Assembly (NCBI GenBank): GCA_944388585.1
Contig: CALXJI010000003.1
Coordinates: forward strand, 79,360-143,359
DNA: 64,000 bases
DNA from: an uncultured Clostridia bacterium
GTDB lineage: Bacteria > Bacillota > Clostridia > TANB77 > CAG-465
Direction: 5' to 3'
In this document: positions 18,896 through 28,412 of the stretch, one piece after another
How positions within the stretch are numbered: the first letter of the stretch is position 1
How the letters are laid out: every line of letters begins with the position of its first letter
The notes under the pieces: model-generated
Told to the model about the DNA's origin: nothing
Database searches by the model: none
The model's input: only the letters and a program-made list of their open reading frames with translations
Position numbers and translations under genes: made by a program

Positions 18896-21800
18896 CTACT
18901 TTTTCACTTTCATTTTTTTATTTCTAACTCTATATTTAGAAACATTTTCTTTTATCTTTAAATTATCTTTAGCAACAGTAATAAGTAGTTTTATTCTGTT
19001 TATCTGATTTGTTTGACTTGCTCCTGGATCATAATCTACAGGAGAAATATTTGCTTGTGGGAATTTTCTTCTTATTGTTTTTATAACACCTTTTCCAACA
19101 ACATGATTTGGAAGACAAGCAAAAGGTTGTACACATACTATATTTGGTATATCATTTTCTATATATTCAATCATTTCAGCTGTTAAAAACCATCCTTCAC
19201 CTGTTTGATTTCCAATAGATAATACATTTTGTACTTTTTCTTCAAGCTCCCATATATCACATGGCGGTAAATATCCTTTTTTAGATTTTGCAAGTGCTTG
19301 TTTTGCATCTTTTTCAAATCCATCTATTAAATTAATAGCTAATTTACAAATCTTTGAAGCTATCTTATCTTTTTTAAGCAGCTTATTATTTGTTATACTA
19401 TGTGTTGCCATATATTTTACAAATCCCATAAAATCTGGCATTACTACTTCTGCACCCTCATTTTCTAATACATCTATAACGTAATTATTTCCAAATGGAT
19501 GATATTTAATTAATATTTCACCTACAACACCTACTCTAGGTTTTACCTGCTTTTTATTTATTTGAATATTTTCAAAATCATCTACCATTTGGTAAATTCC
19601 TTGCTTAAATTCTTTCATATCACCATTTGCTATTATTTCTTTTCCTTTTTCAAGCCATTTATTATATACTTTTTCTGATTCTCCTTTTTTCACTTCATAT
19701 GCTCTATTTTTAAGTAGCATTTTTTGTAAAAGATCTCCATATACAACAGCTTTTATTAACTTTACTGCAAGAGATGGAGTAATTTTAAATCCACTAGATT
19801 TTTCCATTCCTTTCACATTAAATGAAATAATAGGTATATTAGAGTATCCAGCATCTTTTAATGCTTTTCTAATAAATCCAATATAGTTAGTTGCTCTACA
19901 TCCTCCACCTGTTTGTGACATTATAAGTGCTGTTTTATTTAAATCATATTTACCAGAGTCTAATGCCTCAATCATTTGGCCTGTTGTTATAATAGAAGGA
20001 TAACATGCATCATTATTTACATATTTTAGTCCTGTCTCTATTGTATGCTCTGTACACTCTCTTAAAAGCTCAACATTATACCCCTCTGCTTTCATTGCTG
20101 CAAGTAATAACTCAAAATGTATTGGTGCCATTTGTGGTACTAAAATAGTATATCCTTCTTCTTTCATTTCTTTAGTAAATTTTACTTTATCTATTTCATA
20201 ATTTCCTAAATCTTGTTCTTGATTTTCTTGTATTTTAGGATTAGCATCTTCCATTTTCTTTTGTTGCATTCTTTTATTCATACTAGCAAGTAATGATCTT
20301 ACACGTATTCTTACAGCACCTAAATTATTTATTTCGTCTATTTTTATTAATGTATACATATTATTATAACTTGTTAATATTTCTTCTACCTCGTCTGTTG
20401 TTACAGCGTCAACGCCACATCCAAATGAATTTAGTTGTATCATTTCAAGAAAATCATGTCTTCCAACATATTCAGCTGCAGCATATAATCTTGAATGATA
20501 TACCCACTGATCTACAACTCTTATTGGTCTTCTAACTTGGGCTTTATCTGATACACTATCTTCAGATAATACACAAAGTCCAAGGCTTGTTATTAATGTA
20601 TCTATACCATGGTTTATTTCTGGATCAACATGATAAGGACGTCCAGCAAGTACAATACCCCTTAAATTGTTTTCTTTTATATAATCTACAATCTCCTGAC
20701 CTTTTTTATGCACATCATCTCTAAATCTTTGATATTCATTTTCTGCCTCTTTAGCTGCTTTTAACACTTCAGATTTTTTAAAATGGTATTCTTTAAATTC
20801 AGGAAGTTCCATTACAACTTCTGTTAATCTCTTTGGATCGAAAGGTAAAAACGGATTAATATATTTTACATCTTTAAGTTCTTCTACATTATTTTTTATT
20901 ACTTCTGAATAAGACGCTACTATTGGACAATTATATGAGTTATCTGCACCTTCAAACTCTTTACGAGAATTAGAAATACATGGATAAAAAATAGTTTTTA
21001 TCCCTTTATTTATTAAGCTCATAATATGTCCATGTGCAAGCTTTGCAGGATAGCATACAGACTCAGATGGCATAGATTCCATACCTTTTTCATATGTTTT
21101 TCTATTACTCTTTTCAGAAATTATTACCCTAAATCCAAGATTAGTAAAGAAAGTAAACCAAAATGGATAATCTTCATACATATTTAAAACTCTAGGAATT
21201 CCTATTGTTCCTCTTTTAGCATCTTCTTGTGACAATGGCTTGTATGAAAATAATCTTTCATTTTTATATTTATACATATTAGGTAAATCATTTTGAACAT
21301 TTGTATTTCCAGCACCTTTTTCACATCTATTACCTGATACAAATATTTTACCATTACCAAATTTATTTATTGTTAATCTACAATTATTTTCACATTTTCC
21401 ACATCTTGCATGAGTAATTTTAATATCTAATTTATCTATCTCATCTGGTTTTAGCATAGTAGATTTATAATAATCATCCTCATTTGCTATAAATTGCTCT
21501 TTAGCAAGTAATGCTACTCCATATGCACCCATAAGTCCTGCAATATCTGGTCTTATTACATCTCTTCCTGTTATTTTTTCAAAGCTACGTAGTACTGCAT
21601 CGTTATAAAAAGTACCACCTTGAACAACTATATTTTTACCAAGCTTTCTTACATCACGTATTTTCATAACTTTTTGAATAGCATTTTTTACAACCGAATA
21701 TGAAAGCCCACTAGATATATCTCCAACAGTTGCTCCTTCTTTTTGAGCTTGTTTTATTCTAGAATTCATAAATACAGTACATCTAGATCCTAGATCCACA

Positions 21801-23230
21801 GGTGCTTGAGATTTTATAGCTTCATTTACGAATTCTTCTATGCTTACGCCTAAACTTTTAGCAAAAGTTTCAATAAATGATCCACATCCAGATGAACAAG
21901 CTTCGTTTAGCATAATATTATCTATAGCATCATTTTTTACCTTAATGTATTTCATATCTTGTCCGCCTATATCTATAATGCTACTTACCTTTGGCATAAA
22001 CTCTTTAGCTGCAGTATAATGTGCTATTGTTTCAATTTCACTAAGATCTATATTTAATGCTGTTTGTATTAGCTTTTCACCATACCCTGTAACGCCAACA
22101 TATCTTAAAATAGCTCCATCTGGAATATTTGAATATAATTTTTTAACCATGGATATTACACTTGTTAATGGATTTCCCCTATTACTTCCATAAAGCGAGT
22201 AAAGTAATGCTCCATCTTTATCTATAGCAACTAATTTTGTAGTTGTAGATCCTGCATCTATTCCTACAAATATATCTCCTTTTGTATCTTCTAGTTTTCC
22301 TCTTTTTACCTTATCTTTTTCATGACGTTTTTTAAATTCATCATATTCTTGCTCATTTTTAAATAATGGTTCTAAAGGCTTTGTCTCTGTATATTTTGCA
22401 TCTTTAAACTCTTCTAATTTTTCTTGTAGTTGTCTAGTTGTTATTTTCTCTGTATCTAAAGATGCAAGTGCTGCTCCTTTTGCAACTAGCAAATGTGCTT
22501 CATCTGGTACAATAACTTCATCATCTTTTAGTTTTAAAGTTTCAATAAACCTTTTTCTAAGTTCTGGTAAATAATTTAATGGTCCACCTAAAAAAGCAAC
22601 TTTTCCTTTAATTGGTCTACCACATGCAAGTCCACTTATTGTCTGGTTTACTACGGCCTGAAAAATAGAGGTAGCAATATCTTCTTTTCTTGCTCCTTCA
22701 TTTATTAAAGGTTGTACATCAGTTTTTGCAAACACACCACATCTTGATGCAATAGGATATATAATTTCATGTCCCTTAGATAACTCATTTAATCCTTGTG
22801 TATCAGTGTTTAGTAAAGACGCCATTTGATCTAGAAAAGCACCTGTTCCTCCTGCACATGTTCCGTTCATTCTTTGCTCTATAAATTTATCAAAATAAAT
22901 TATTTTTGCATCTTCTCCACCAAGCTCTATTACTACATCAGTTTGTGGAATATACTTTTCTACTGCTCTTTTACAAGCAATTACCTCTTGAATAAAAGGT
23001 ATACCTAAAACTTTAGATATTTCAAGTGCACCAGACCCTGTCAAAGACATAGTATAGGTACTATTTGGAAAATCTTTTATTAGTTTTTTTAGTACTTCAT
23101 ATATAGTATTTTTAGTATCTGAATGGTGTCTAGTATAACTTGTATATAAATTCTCTAATTTATCGTTCATTACTACAATTTTTACCGTTGTTGATCCAAC
23201 ATCTAGACCAACATGTAATGTTTTATTCAT
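18896..23230 (-). CDS. fused acyl-CoA dehydratase activase-like protein (two BadF/BcrA/HgdC-type ATPase domains plus a dehydratase-component-like domain)
   Basis: 1444 aa; two acetate/sugar-kinase-fold starts (LHVGLDVGSTTVKIVVM and IFVGIDAGSTTTKLVAI); Cys-rich C-terminal domain; SD GAGGTGAA before the ATG. Confidence 0.6.
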   Translation of the reverse strand: MNKTLHVGLDVGSTTVKIVVMNDKLENLYTSYTRHHSDTKNTIYEVLKKLIKDFPNSTYTMSLTGSGALEISKVLGIPFIQEVIACKRAVEKYIPQTDVVIELGGEDAKIIYFDKFIEQRMNGTCAGGTGAFLDQMASLLNTDTQGLNELSKGHEIIYPIASRCGVFAKTDVQPLINEGARKEDIATSIFQAVVNQTISGLACGRPIKGKVAFLGGPLNYLPELRKRFIETLKLKDDEVIVPDEAHLLVAKGAALASLDTEKITTRQLQEKLEEFKDAKYTETKPLEPLFKNEQEYDEFKKRHEKDKVKRGKLEDTKGDIFVGIDAGSTTTKLVAIDKDGALLYSLYGSNRGNPLTSVISMVKKLYSNIPDGAILRYVGVTGYGEKLIQTALNIDLSEIETIAHYTAAKEFMPKVSSIIDIGGQDMKYIKVKNDAIDNIMLNEACSSGCGSFIETFAKSLGVSIEEFVNEAIKSQAPVDLGSRCTVFMNSRIKQAQKEGATVGDISSGLSYSVVKNAIQKVMKIRDVRKLGKNIVVQGGTFYNDAVLRSFEKITGRDVIRPDIAGLMGAYGVALLAKEQFIANEDDYYKSTMLKPDEIDKLDIKITHARCGKCENNCRLTINKFGNGKIFVSGNRCEKGAGNTNVQNDLPNMYKYKNERLFSYKPLSQEDAKRGTIGIPRVLNMYEDYPFWFTFFTNLGFRVIISEKSNRKTYEKGMESMPSESVCYPAKLAHGHIMSLINKGIKTIFYPCISNSRKEFEGADNSYNCPIVASYSEVIKNNVEELKDVKYINPFLPFDPKRLTEVVMELPEFKEYHFKKSEVLKAAKEAENEYQRFRDDVHKKGQEIVDYIKENNLRGIVLAGRPYHVDPEINHGIDTLITSLGLCVLSEDSVSDKAQVRRPIRVVDQWVYHSRLYAAAEYVGRHDFLEMIQLNSFGCGVDAVTTDEVEEILTSYNNMYTLIKIDEINNLGAVRIRVRSLLASMNKRMQQKKMEDANPKIQENQEQDLGNYEIDKVKFTKEMKEEGYTILVPQMAPIHFELLLAAMKAEGYNVELLRECTEHTIETGLKYVNNDACYPSIITTGQMIEALDSGKYDLNKTALIMSQTGGGCRATNYIGFIRKALKDAGYSNIPIISFNVKGMEKSSGFKITPSLAVKLIKAVVYGDLLQKMLLKNRAYEVKKGESEKVYNKWLEKGKEIIANGDMKEFKQGIYQMVDDFENIQINKKQVKPRVGVVGEILIKYHPFGNNYVIDVLENEGAEVVMPDFMGFVKYMATHSITNNKLLKKDKIASKICKLAINLIDGFEKDAKQALAKSKKGYLPPCDIWELEEKVQNVLSIGNQTGEGWFLTAEMIEYIENDIPNIVCVQPFACLPNHVVGKGVIKTIRRKFPQANISPVDYDPGASQTNQINRIKLLITVAKDNLKIKENVSKYRVRNKKMKVKK

Positions 23231-23256
23231 ATCTATTTCACCTCAATTTATATCTT

Positions 23257-23271
23257 TTTCGACATATATAT
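23257..23271. promoter_or_regulatory. Spo0A-box-containing 15-mer TTTCGACATATATAT (copy 1)
   Basis: Lies 27 nt upstream of the start of the 1444-aa gene, in the divergent promoter region shared with the HD gene. Confidence 0.4.
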
Positions 23272-23405
23272 TATATCATAACTTTATTAAAAGTAAATAA
23301 ACAAAATAGTGTGTATTGTCATATTGAATATGCATAAATACTGTGTTATAATTACTCTACATTTAAATATTTTTCTTTTAAAAAATTTGAAAAGAGGTGT
23401 TTATT

Positions 23406-24077
23406 ATGATTAATAATAAAAGTGATACTATATTAAGATTTTACTTACTTGCAACTACTTTAAAAAATAAAATACGTCAAGGCTCAATATATTGGAATGT
23501 TACTGCCAAAAGAAGAGAAAGTATAGCAGAACATGTATATGATACATGTATATTAGCAATTGCTATCGATTCAGAATATAAACTAGATATAGATATAAAA
23601 AAAGTAGTAGAAATGCTTGTTATTCATGAACTCGAAGAAATAATTATAGGAGATATCACTCCCTTTGATAATATAAGCAATGAAGAAAAACTTCAAATGG
23701 GTAAAAAAGCTGTACTTGACATTCTTGATGGTTTAAAAAAAGAACAAGAATATATTGAACTTACTGATGAATTTAATTTAAAACAGACTAAAGAAGCAAA
23801 ATTTGCTTATTTATGTGATAAATTAGATTTTGATTTGCAAATGAAATTATATGCAGATCAAGGATATATTAAACTTGATCAAAAATCTAAAAGTCCAATT
23901 TTTAAAAACACTAAAGTACAAAACATATTAAAAAATGGTGCTAAATCCGCTCCTGATGTATTTTATAATTATGATGTAGAAAAATATATTAATTATCCAG
24001 AATTTAAAAATTTACTAGATTATGCATACTCTAATAATCTTAATGATTTACTGAATAATTATTTAAAAAATTTTTGA
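23406..24077 (+). CDS. HD-domain 5'-deoxynucleotidase (YfbR-like)
   Basis: ESIAEHVYDTCILA (H..D), IHELEEIIIGDITP metal-binding motifs as in YfbR; SD AAGAGGTG before the ATG at 23406 (ORF track begins at GTG 23397). Confidence 0.6.
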   Translation: MINNKSDTILRFYLLATTLKNKIRQGSIYWNVTAKRRESIAEHVYDTCILAIAIDSEYKLDIDIKKVVEMLVIHELEEIIIGDITPFDNISNEEKLQMGKKAVLDILDGLKKEQEYIELTDEFNLKQTKEAKFAYLCDKLDFDLQMKLYADQGYIKLDQKSKSPIFKNTKVQNILKNGAKSAPDVFYNYDVEKYINYPEFKNLLDYAYSNNLNDLLNNYLKNF

Positions 24078-24101
24078 GCTTGTTGTTTTCAAGCTCTTTT
24101 T

Positions 24102-24857
24102 TTATTTAAAAAATTCTTGTAATCCTATATATATCCCCCAAGCTAACTTTTCTTGATAATCTTCTTGCTCTAGTTTTTTTGCTTCTTCTTCATTAGATAA
24201 AAAGCCACATTCTACAGTTACAGTTGCATTTTCTACATGATCCATAATATAAATACCTTTTAATACCAATGGTACTCTATTATTAGGGGTGGAAATAGTA
24301 TTGTTTAACGAATCTTGTATATTTTTTGCAAGTCTTATACTTTCTTCATTTCCTTCTTGATAAAAAGTCTGCCAACCACTATATACATTTGATGGGTACT
24401 TATTAAGATGAATAGAGATAAAAGCATCTACATCTTCATCATTTCCTATCAATACTCTATTTTTTATATCACTTACCTTTTTTTCTTTTAAAGTTGTAGC
24501 ATCAGAAGAATATATTCCATTTTCATCGCTTCGAGTAAGATATACTACTCCCCCACTTTGCTCAATAAGTTTTTGAAGTTTTAATGCAATTTTTAAATTT
24601 ATTGCTTCCTCTGTCGTACCATAAACTCCAACTGCACCTTCATCTGGAAGCCCATGCCCCGCATCTATTACTACCACATGAGATGTTATAGGTGTAGAAT
24701 TTGTAGCTATTGTTTCTGAGCTTTTATTTAAAAATATTATACTAAGTAATATAATTAAAATTATTAAAAAAATGAAAAAAATTAATTTGTACTTTTTCAA
24801 AATATCACCTAGTATAATGTATGTCTTTTTTATTATTTTGATTACATCAAATAACAA
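24102..24857 (-). CDS. cwlD: N-acetylmuramoyl-L-alanine amidase (Amidase_3, CwlD-like, sporulation/germination)
   Basis: Signal/TM N-terminus; VVVIDAGHGLPDEGAVG...SIHLN motifs of Amidase_3; size and context fit CwlD. Confidence 0.7.
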   Translation of the reverse strand: MLFDVIKIIKKTYIILGDILKKYKLIFFIFLIILIILLSIIFLNKSSETIATNSTPITSHVVVIDAGHGLPDEGAVGVYGTTEEAINLKIALKLQKLIEQSGGVVYLTRSDENGIYSSDATTLKEKKVSDIKNRVLIGNDEDVDAFISIHLNKYPSNVYSGWQTFYQEGNEESIRLAKNIQDSLNNTISTPNNRVPLVLKGIYIMDHVENATVTVECGFLSNEEEAKKLEQEDYQEKLAWGIYIGLQEFFK

Positions 24858-24864
24858 TTAATAT

Positions 24865-24900
24865 ACAAAAAACAGGCGGGAGCAAAATTTCTCCCGCCTG
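24865..24900 (-). terminator. GC-rich intrinsic terminator of cysS
   Basis: CAGGCGGGAG-caaaattt-CTCCCGCCTG followed on the minus strand by TTTTTTG. Confidence 0.8.
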
Positions 24901-24915
24901 CCTTTCTGCTAACTT

Positions 24916-26385
24916 TTAAGCGTTATATAACGCTTTAAAATCCCAAACAACACCATCTCTGGTATCACTAAGAATAATTCCCTTTTTATCAAGCTCTGCC
25001 CTAATAGCATCAGCCTTCTGAAAGTCTTTCTCTTTCTTAGCTTCTGCTCTTAAAGCAATCTGCTCTTCTATATAGGAAACGTCAACAGAAGTTTTTTGCA
25101 AGTACTTATCCTTCATCTGCGAAATGAAGTCGTCTGGATTCTGTGTGAAAAGACCTAAGATACCGTATACCTCCTTAACATTAGCAAGGATTTTAGCGAC
25201 TGTGTTGGCAACTTTAACCCTATTTGCCTTCTTAGCTGTTTTCATGAGATTGTTAGCATATTTGAAAATACCATACAACTCAGAAATCGCCGCAGAAGTA
25301 TTGAAATCATCATCCATAACCTCAATAAATTTAGGAATGATGTTTCCGGAAATGTCGCCATCAACAGATTCGCTGTCAACGCTACCGCCATACTGAGAGA
25401 CAAAGTTCTCAATTGCTTTTATCACATTGTAAAAATAATACATGTGCTTTTCAGCAAGTGAAAAGTCTTTATCAAGCAGATCCATGTCAGATGTGTAATG
25501 CTTAGAAAACATAACATACTTGATAACTTCGTAGTTATACATCTTCAAAGCATCCCTGATTGTAAGCGAATTACCAAGCGACTTACTCATTTTCTCACCA
25601 TTGATTTTGATAAGTCCGCAATGCGACCAATATCTAGCAAACTGCTTGCCAGTATAAGCTTCGCTCTGTGCGATCTCATTTTCATGATGAGGAAATACTA
25701 AGTCCTTTCCACCGCCATGAATATCGATGGTTTCGCCCAAGTTGTTAAGAACCATAGCAGAGCACTCAATGTGCCAACCAGGTCTTCCAAGTCCCCAAGG
25801 TGACTCCCAAGAAATTTCGCCGGGTTTTGCCGATTTCCAAAGTGCAAAATCCAACGGATCATGTTTACCTTCCTCGACATCCTTTCTTACACCGTTTAAC
25901 AGTTCGTCAATACGACGTTTAGAAAGTTTACCGTACTCAGGAAAGCTTCTTACACTGAAATACACATCACCTTTATCGGTAGCATATGCATGCCCCAATT
26001 CAATGAGTCCCTGTACGAGACGGATGATGTTATCAATGTTTTCAGATGCTTTTGGTTTAATGTCTGCATCAGTAACATGCAGATTTCTCATGTCAAGCTC
26101 AGTTTCAGCAATTTGCTCTCTTGAAAATTCAAGTGCATCCTTGCCAAGCTTGTTTGCACTGTTGATGATTTTATCATCTACGTCTGTATAGTTGCGAACA
26201 TAAGTTACATCATACCCTCTGTAACGAAGGTAATCCGCAACCATTGCATAGGCAATTGCTTGCCTTGCATGACCAATGTGGCTCAAGTCATAGACTGTGA
26301 TACCACAAGCGTACATTTTGACTTTGTTTGGCTCGATAGGAATGAATTCCTCTTTCTTACCAGTCATTGAATTGTAAATTTTCAT
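24916..26385 (-). CDS. cysS: cysteine--tRNA ligase
   Basis: 489 aa; [18 protein letters not shown] (HIGH motif), KMSKSLGN (KMSKS motif); base composition far more GC-rich than neighbours. Confidence 0.9.
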   Translation of the reverse strand: MKIYNSMTGKKEEFIPIEPNKVKMYACGITVYDLSHIGHARQAIAYAMVADYLRYRGYDVTYVRNYTDVDDKIINSANKLGKDALEFSREQIAETELDMRNLHVTDADIKPKASENIDNIIRLVQGLIELGHAYATDKGDVYFSVRSFPEYGKLSKRRIDELLNGVRKDVEEGKHDPLDFALWKSAKPGEISWESPWGLGRPGWHIECSAMVLNNLGETIDIHGGGKDLVFPHHENEIAQSEAYTGKQFARYWSHCGLIKINGEKMSKSLGNSLTIRDALKMYNYEVIKYVMFSKHYTSDMDLLDKDFSLAEKHMYYFYNVIKAIENFVSQYGGSVDSESVDGDISGNIIPKFIEVMDDDFNTSAAISELYGIFKYANNLMKTAKKANRVKVANTVAKILANVKEVYGILGLFTQNPDDFISQMKDKYLQKTSVDVSYIEEQIALRAEAKKEKDFQKADAIRAELDKKGIILSDTRDGVVWDFKALYNA

Positions 26386-26549
26386 TGTGGTTTTCCTCCT
26401 TTACTGTTAATAAAGTTGCAATATCAGTACTTGTCAAAAAAAGTTTTGAATTTAACATCACTTCAAAATTTTTTAGTGACTCATACTAAAAACTACGTCA
26501 TAATTATAGCATAATAGTTTACATATTTCAACAGTTTTATGTAAATTTT

Positions 26550-27464
26550 TTATTTATATAACTCTGTAGATAAATATCTTTCTCCAGAGTCTGGCAATAT
26601 AATTACAACTTTTTTATTATTTTTAGCATAATGTTTAGCTGCATCAATAACAGAACCAGAAGAAATTCCTACTAATAATCCCTCTTTTTGTGCCACTTCT
26701 CGTGAAGATTGGTAAGCTTCGTCAGTTGTAACTGTATATACCTCATCTATTATATTTCTATCTAATATCTCTGGTATAAAATTAGCTCCTATTCCTTGTA
26801 TTCCGTGTTGTCCAGCTATACCCTTAGAAATCAATGGAGATTCAGCAGGCTCTACTGCCACTATTTTTATATCTTTATTTTTTTCTTTTAAATATTTTGC
26901 AATTCCAGTCAAAGTACCTCCAGTTCCTACAGATGCGATAAATACATCTATATTTCCATCCATATCTTCCCAAATTTCAGGTCCTGTTGTCTTATAATGA
27001 GCATTAACGTTTGCAGGATTTGTAAATTGCCCAGCAATAATAGCTCCAGGAGTTTGTTTAAGTATTTCGTCCGCTTTATCTAAAGAACCTTGCATTCCAA
27101 GTGCTGCATCAGTTAAAACGACCTCTGCGCCATATGCCTTTAATACTTTAATTCTCTCTTCACTCATACTTGAAGGCATTGTTAAAATAACTTTATATCC
27201 CTTTAATCTTGCAATAAAAGCAAGACCAATTCCTGTATTACCACTTGTAGGTTCTATTATTGTTGCTCCAGGTTTTAAAATTCCTTTTCTTTCAGCATCT
27301 TCTATAATTTCAAGTGCTGCTCTATCTTTTACACTTCCAGCAGGATTATACTTTTCTAGTTTTGCATAAATTTCTCCTGTTAAATTATTTGTTTTTTCCA
27401 TATTATTAAGTCTTAGCATTGGTGTATTTCCAACCAATTCAATTAAATTTTGATATACCTTCAT
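26550..27464 (-). CDS. cysK: cysteine synthase A (O-acetylserine sulfhydrylase)
   Basis: 304 aa; NPAGSVKDRAAL PLP-lysine motif; GNTGIGLA; 12 nt downstream of cysE. Confidence 0.9.
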   Translation of the reverse strand: MKVYQNLIELVGNTPMLRLNNMEKTNNLTGEIYAKLEKYNPAGSVKDRAALEIIEDAERKGILKPGATIIEPTSGNTGIGLAFIARLKGYKVILTMPSSMSEERIKVLKAYGAEVVLTDAALGMQGSLDKADEILKQTPGAIIAGQFTNPANVNAHYKTTGPEIWEDMDGNIDVFIASVGTGGTLTGIAKYLKEKNKDIKIVAVEPAESPLISKGIAGQHGIQGIGANFIPEILDRNIIDEVYTVTTDEAYQSSREVAQKEGLLVGISSGSVIDAAKHYAKNNKKVVIILPDSGERYLSTELYK

Positions 27465-27476
27465 TTTTATTCCTCC

Positions 27477-28076
27477 TTATCTTTTTATTATTCTATCTGT
27501 AGGTACACCTACAGCAGTCACATCATCTTCAAGATTTTTAAGCACTACTGCACCAGCTCCTATTTTTACATTATTTCCTATTGTTATTGGTCCTAAAATC
27601 TTTGCACCTGCACCTATTAGAACATTATTTCCAATAGTTGGATGTCTTTTAACCTTATCTTTACCAGTTCCTCCAAGAGTAACTTGATGATAAATTGTAC
27701 AATCATCTCCTACAATAGCTGTTTCACCTATAACAACTCCCATACCATGATCTATAAATAATCTTTTACCAATTTTTGCACCAGGATGAATTTCTATACC
27801 TGTAAAAAATCTTCCAAGTTGTGAAACCAATCTAGCTAAAAAGAATCTATTATGTCTATATAGAAAATTACCTATTCTATAATATATTAATATATGAAAT
27901 CCTTGATATAGTAAAATAACTTCTAATAAACTTTTAACTGCTGGATCTTTTTCTTTTATATTTTTAGCATCTAAATATAATTGTTTTATTCCATAAAAGA
28001 AACCTTTTTCTTTTATTTTTAATTCCTTTTTTTCATTAGTAGATACTTTTATTAAACTCACTTTATTAATTTCCAT
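27477..28076 (-). CDS. cysE: serine O-acetyltransferase
   Basis: 199 aa; hexapeptide-repeat left-handed beta-helix ([28 protein letters not shown]); SD GAAGGAG before the ATG. Confidence 0.85.
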   Translation of the reverse strand: MEINKVSLIKVSTNEKKELKIKEKGFFYGIKQLYLDAKNIKEKDPAVKSLLEVILLYQGFHILIYYRIGNFLYRHNRFFLARLVSQLGRFFTGIEIHPGAKIGKRLFIDHGMGVVIGETAIVGDDCTIYHQVTLGGTGKDKVKRHPTIGNNVLIGAGAKILGPITIGNNVKIGAGAVVLKNLEDDVTAVGVPTDRIIKR

Positions 28077-28104
28077 TACTATTACTCCTTCATTACTAAA
28101 AATA

Positions 28105-28141
28105 ACTACAAAAAAACTATGTAGTTGCCTACATAGTTCAT
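28105..28141 (-). terminator. leader (attenuator) terminator upstream of cysE
   Basis: Minus strand: AACTATGTAG-GCAA-CTACATAGTT followed by TTTTTTTG, 28 nt before the cysE SD. Confidence 0.7.
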
Positions 28142-28217
28142 ATATTTAATTAAAAAATATATTCTCTTTACTGTAGGCACGAAATTAGACACTCATACCT
28201 ACATTCAGATACGAGCG

Positions 28218-28262
28218 TTATTTCATACAACAACAGCAGTTTACGAATATATTTTTTTTCAT
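28218..28262 (-). CDS. candidate Cys leader peptide MKKNIFVNCCCCMK
   Basis: ATG 7 nt after SD AAAGGAGAG; codons TGC TGT TGT TGT in a row; lies between a consensus promoter and the leader terminator. Confidence 0.55.
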   Translation of the reverse strand: MKKNIFVNCCCCMK

Positions 28263-28303
28263 ATAAATTCTCTCCTTTTCTATATTATGCACTATTATAT
28301 AAT

Positions 28304-28332
28304 ATAATAAAAAAAAAGTCAATATTTTATTT
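28304..28332 (-). promoter_or_regulatory. sigma-A-type promoter for the cysE-cysK leader
   Basis: Minus strand: TTGACT - 17 nt - TATAAT, both consensus hexamers. Confidence 0.65.
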
Positions 28333-28350
28333 ATTGTTATTATAAAATTC

Positions 28351-28384
28351 AATAAAAACTAGGGGAGAATTAATTCTCCCCTAG
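28351..28384 (-). terminator. GC-rich intrinsic terminator of the CyuA-like gene
   Basis: CTAGGGGAGAAT/TAATTCTCCCCTAG perfect palindrome followed on the minus strand by TTTTTATT. Confidence 0.75.
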
Positions 28385-28412
28385 CCGACTACTTGATTTA
28401 CTGATTACGGTC

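Noticed and set aside
28077-28400. Cys T-box or S-box riboswitch upstream of cysE, as usual in Firmicutes
   Set aside because: No T-box core (AGGGTGGNACCGCG) or S-box helices found on the minus strand. The region is instead explained by promoter + Cys-codon leader ORF + terminator.
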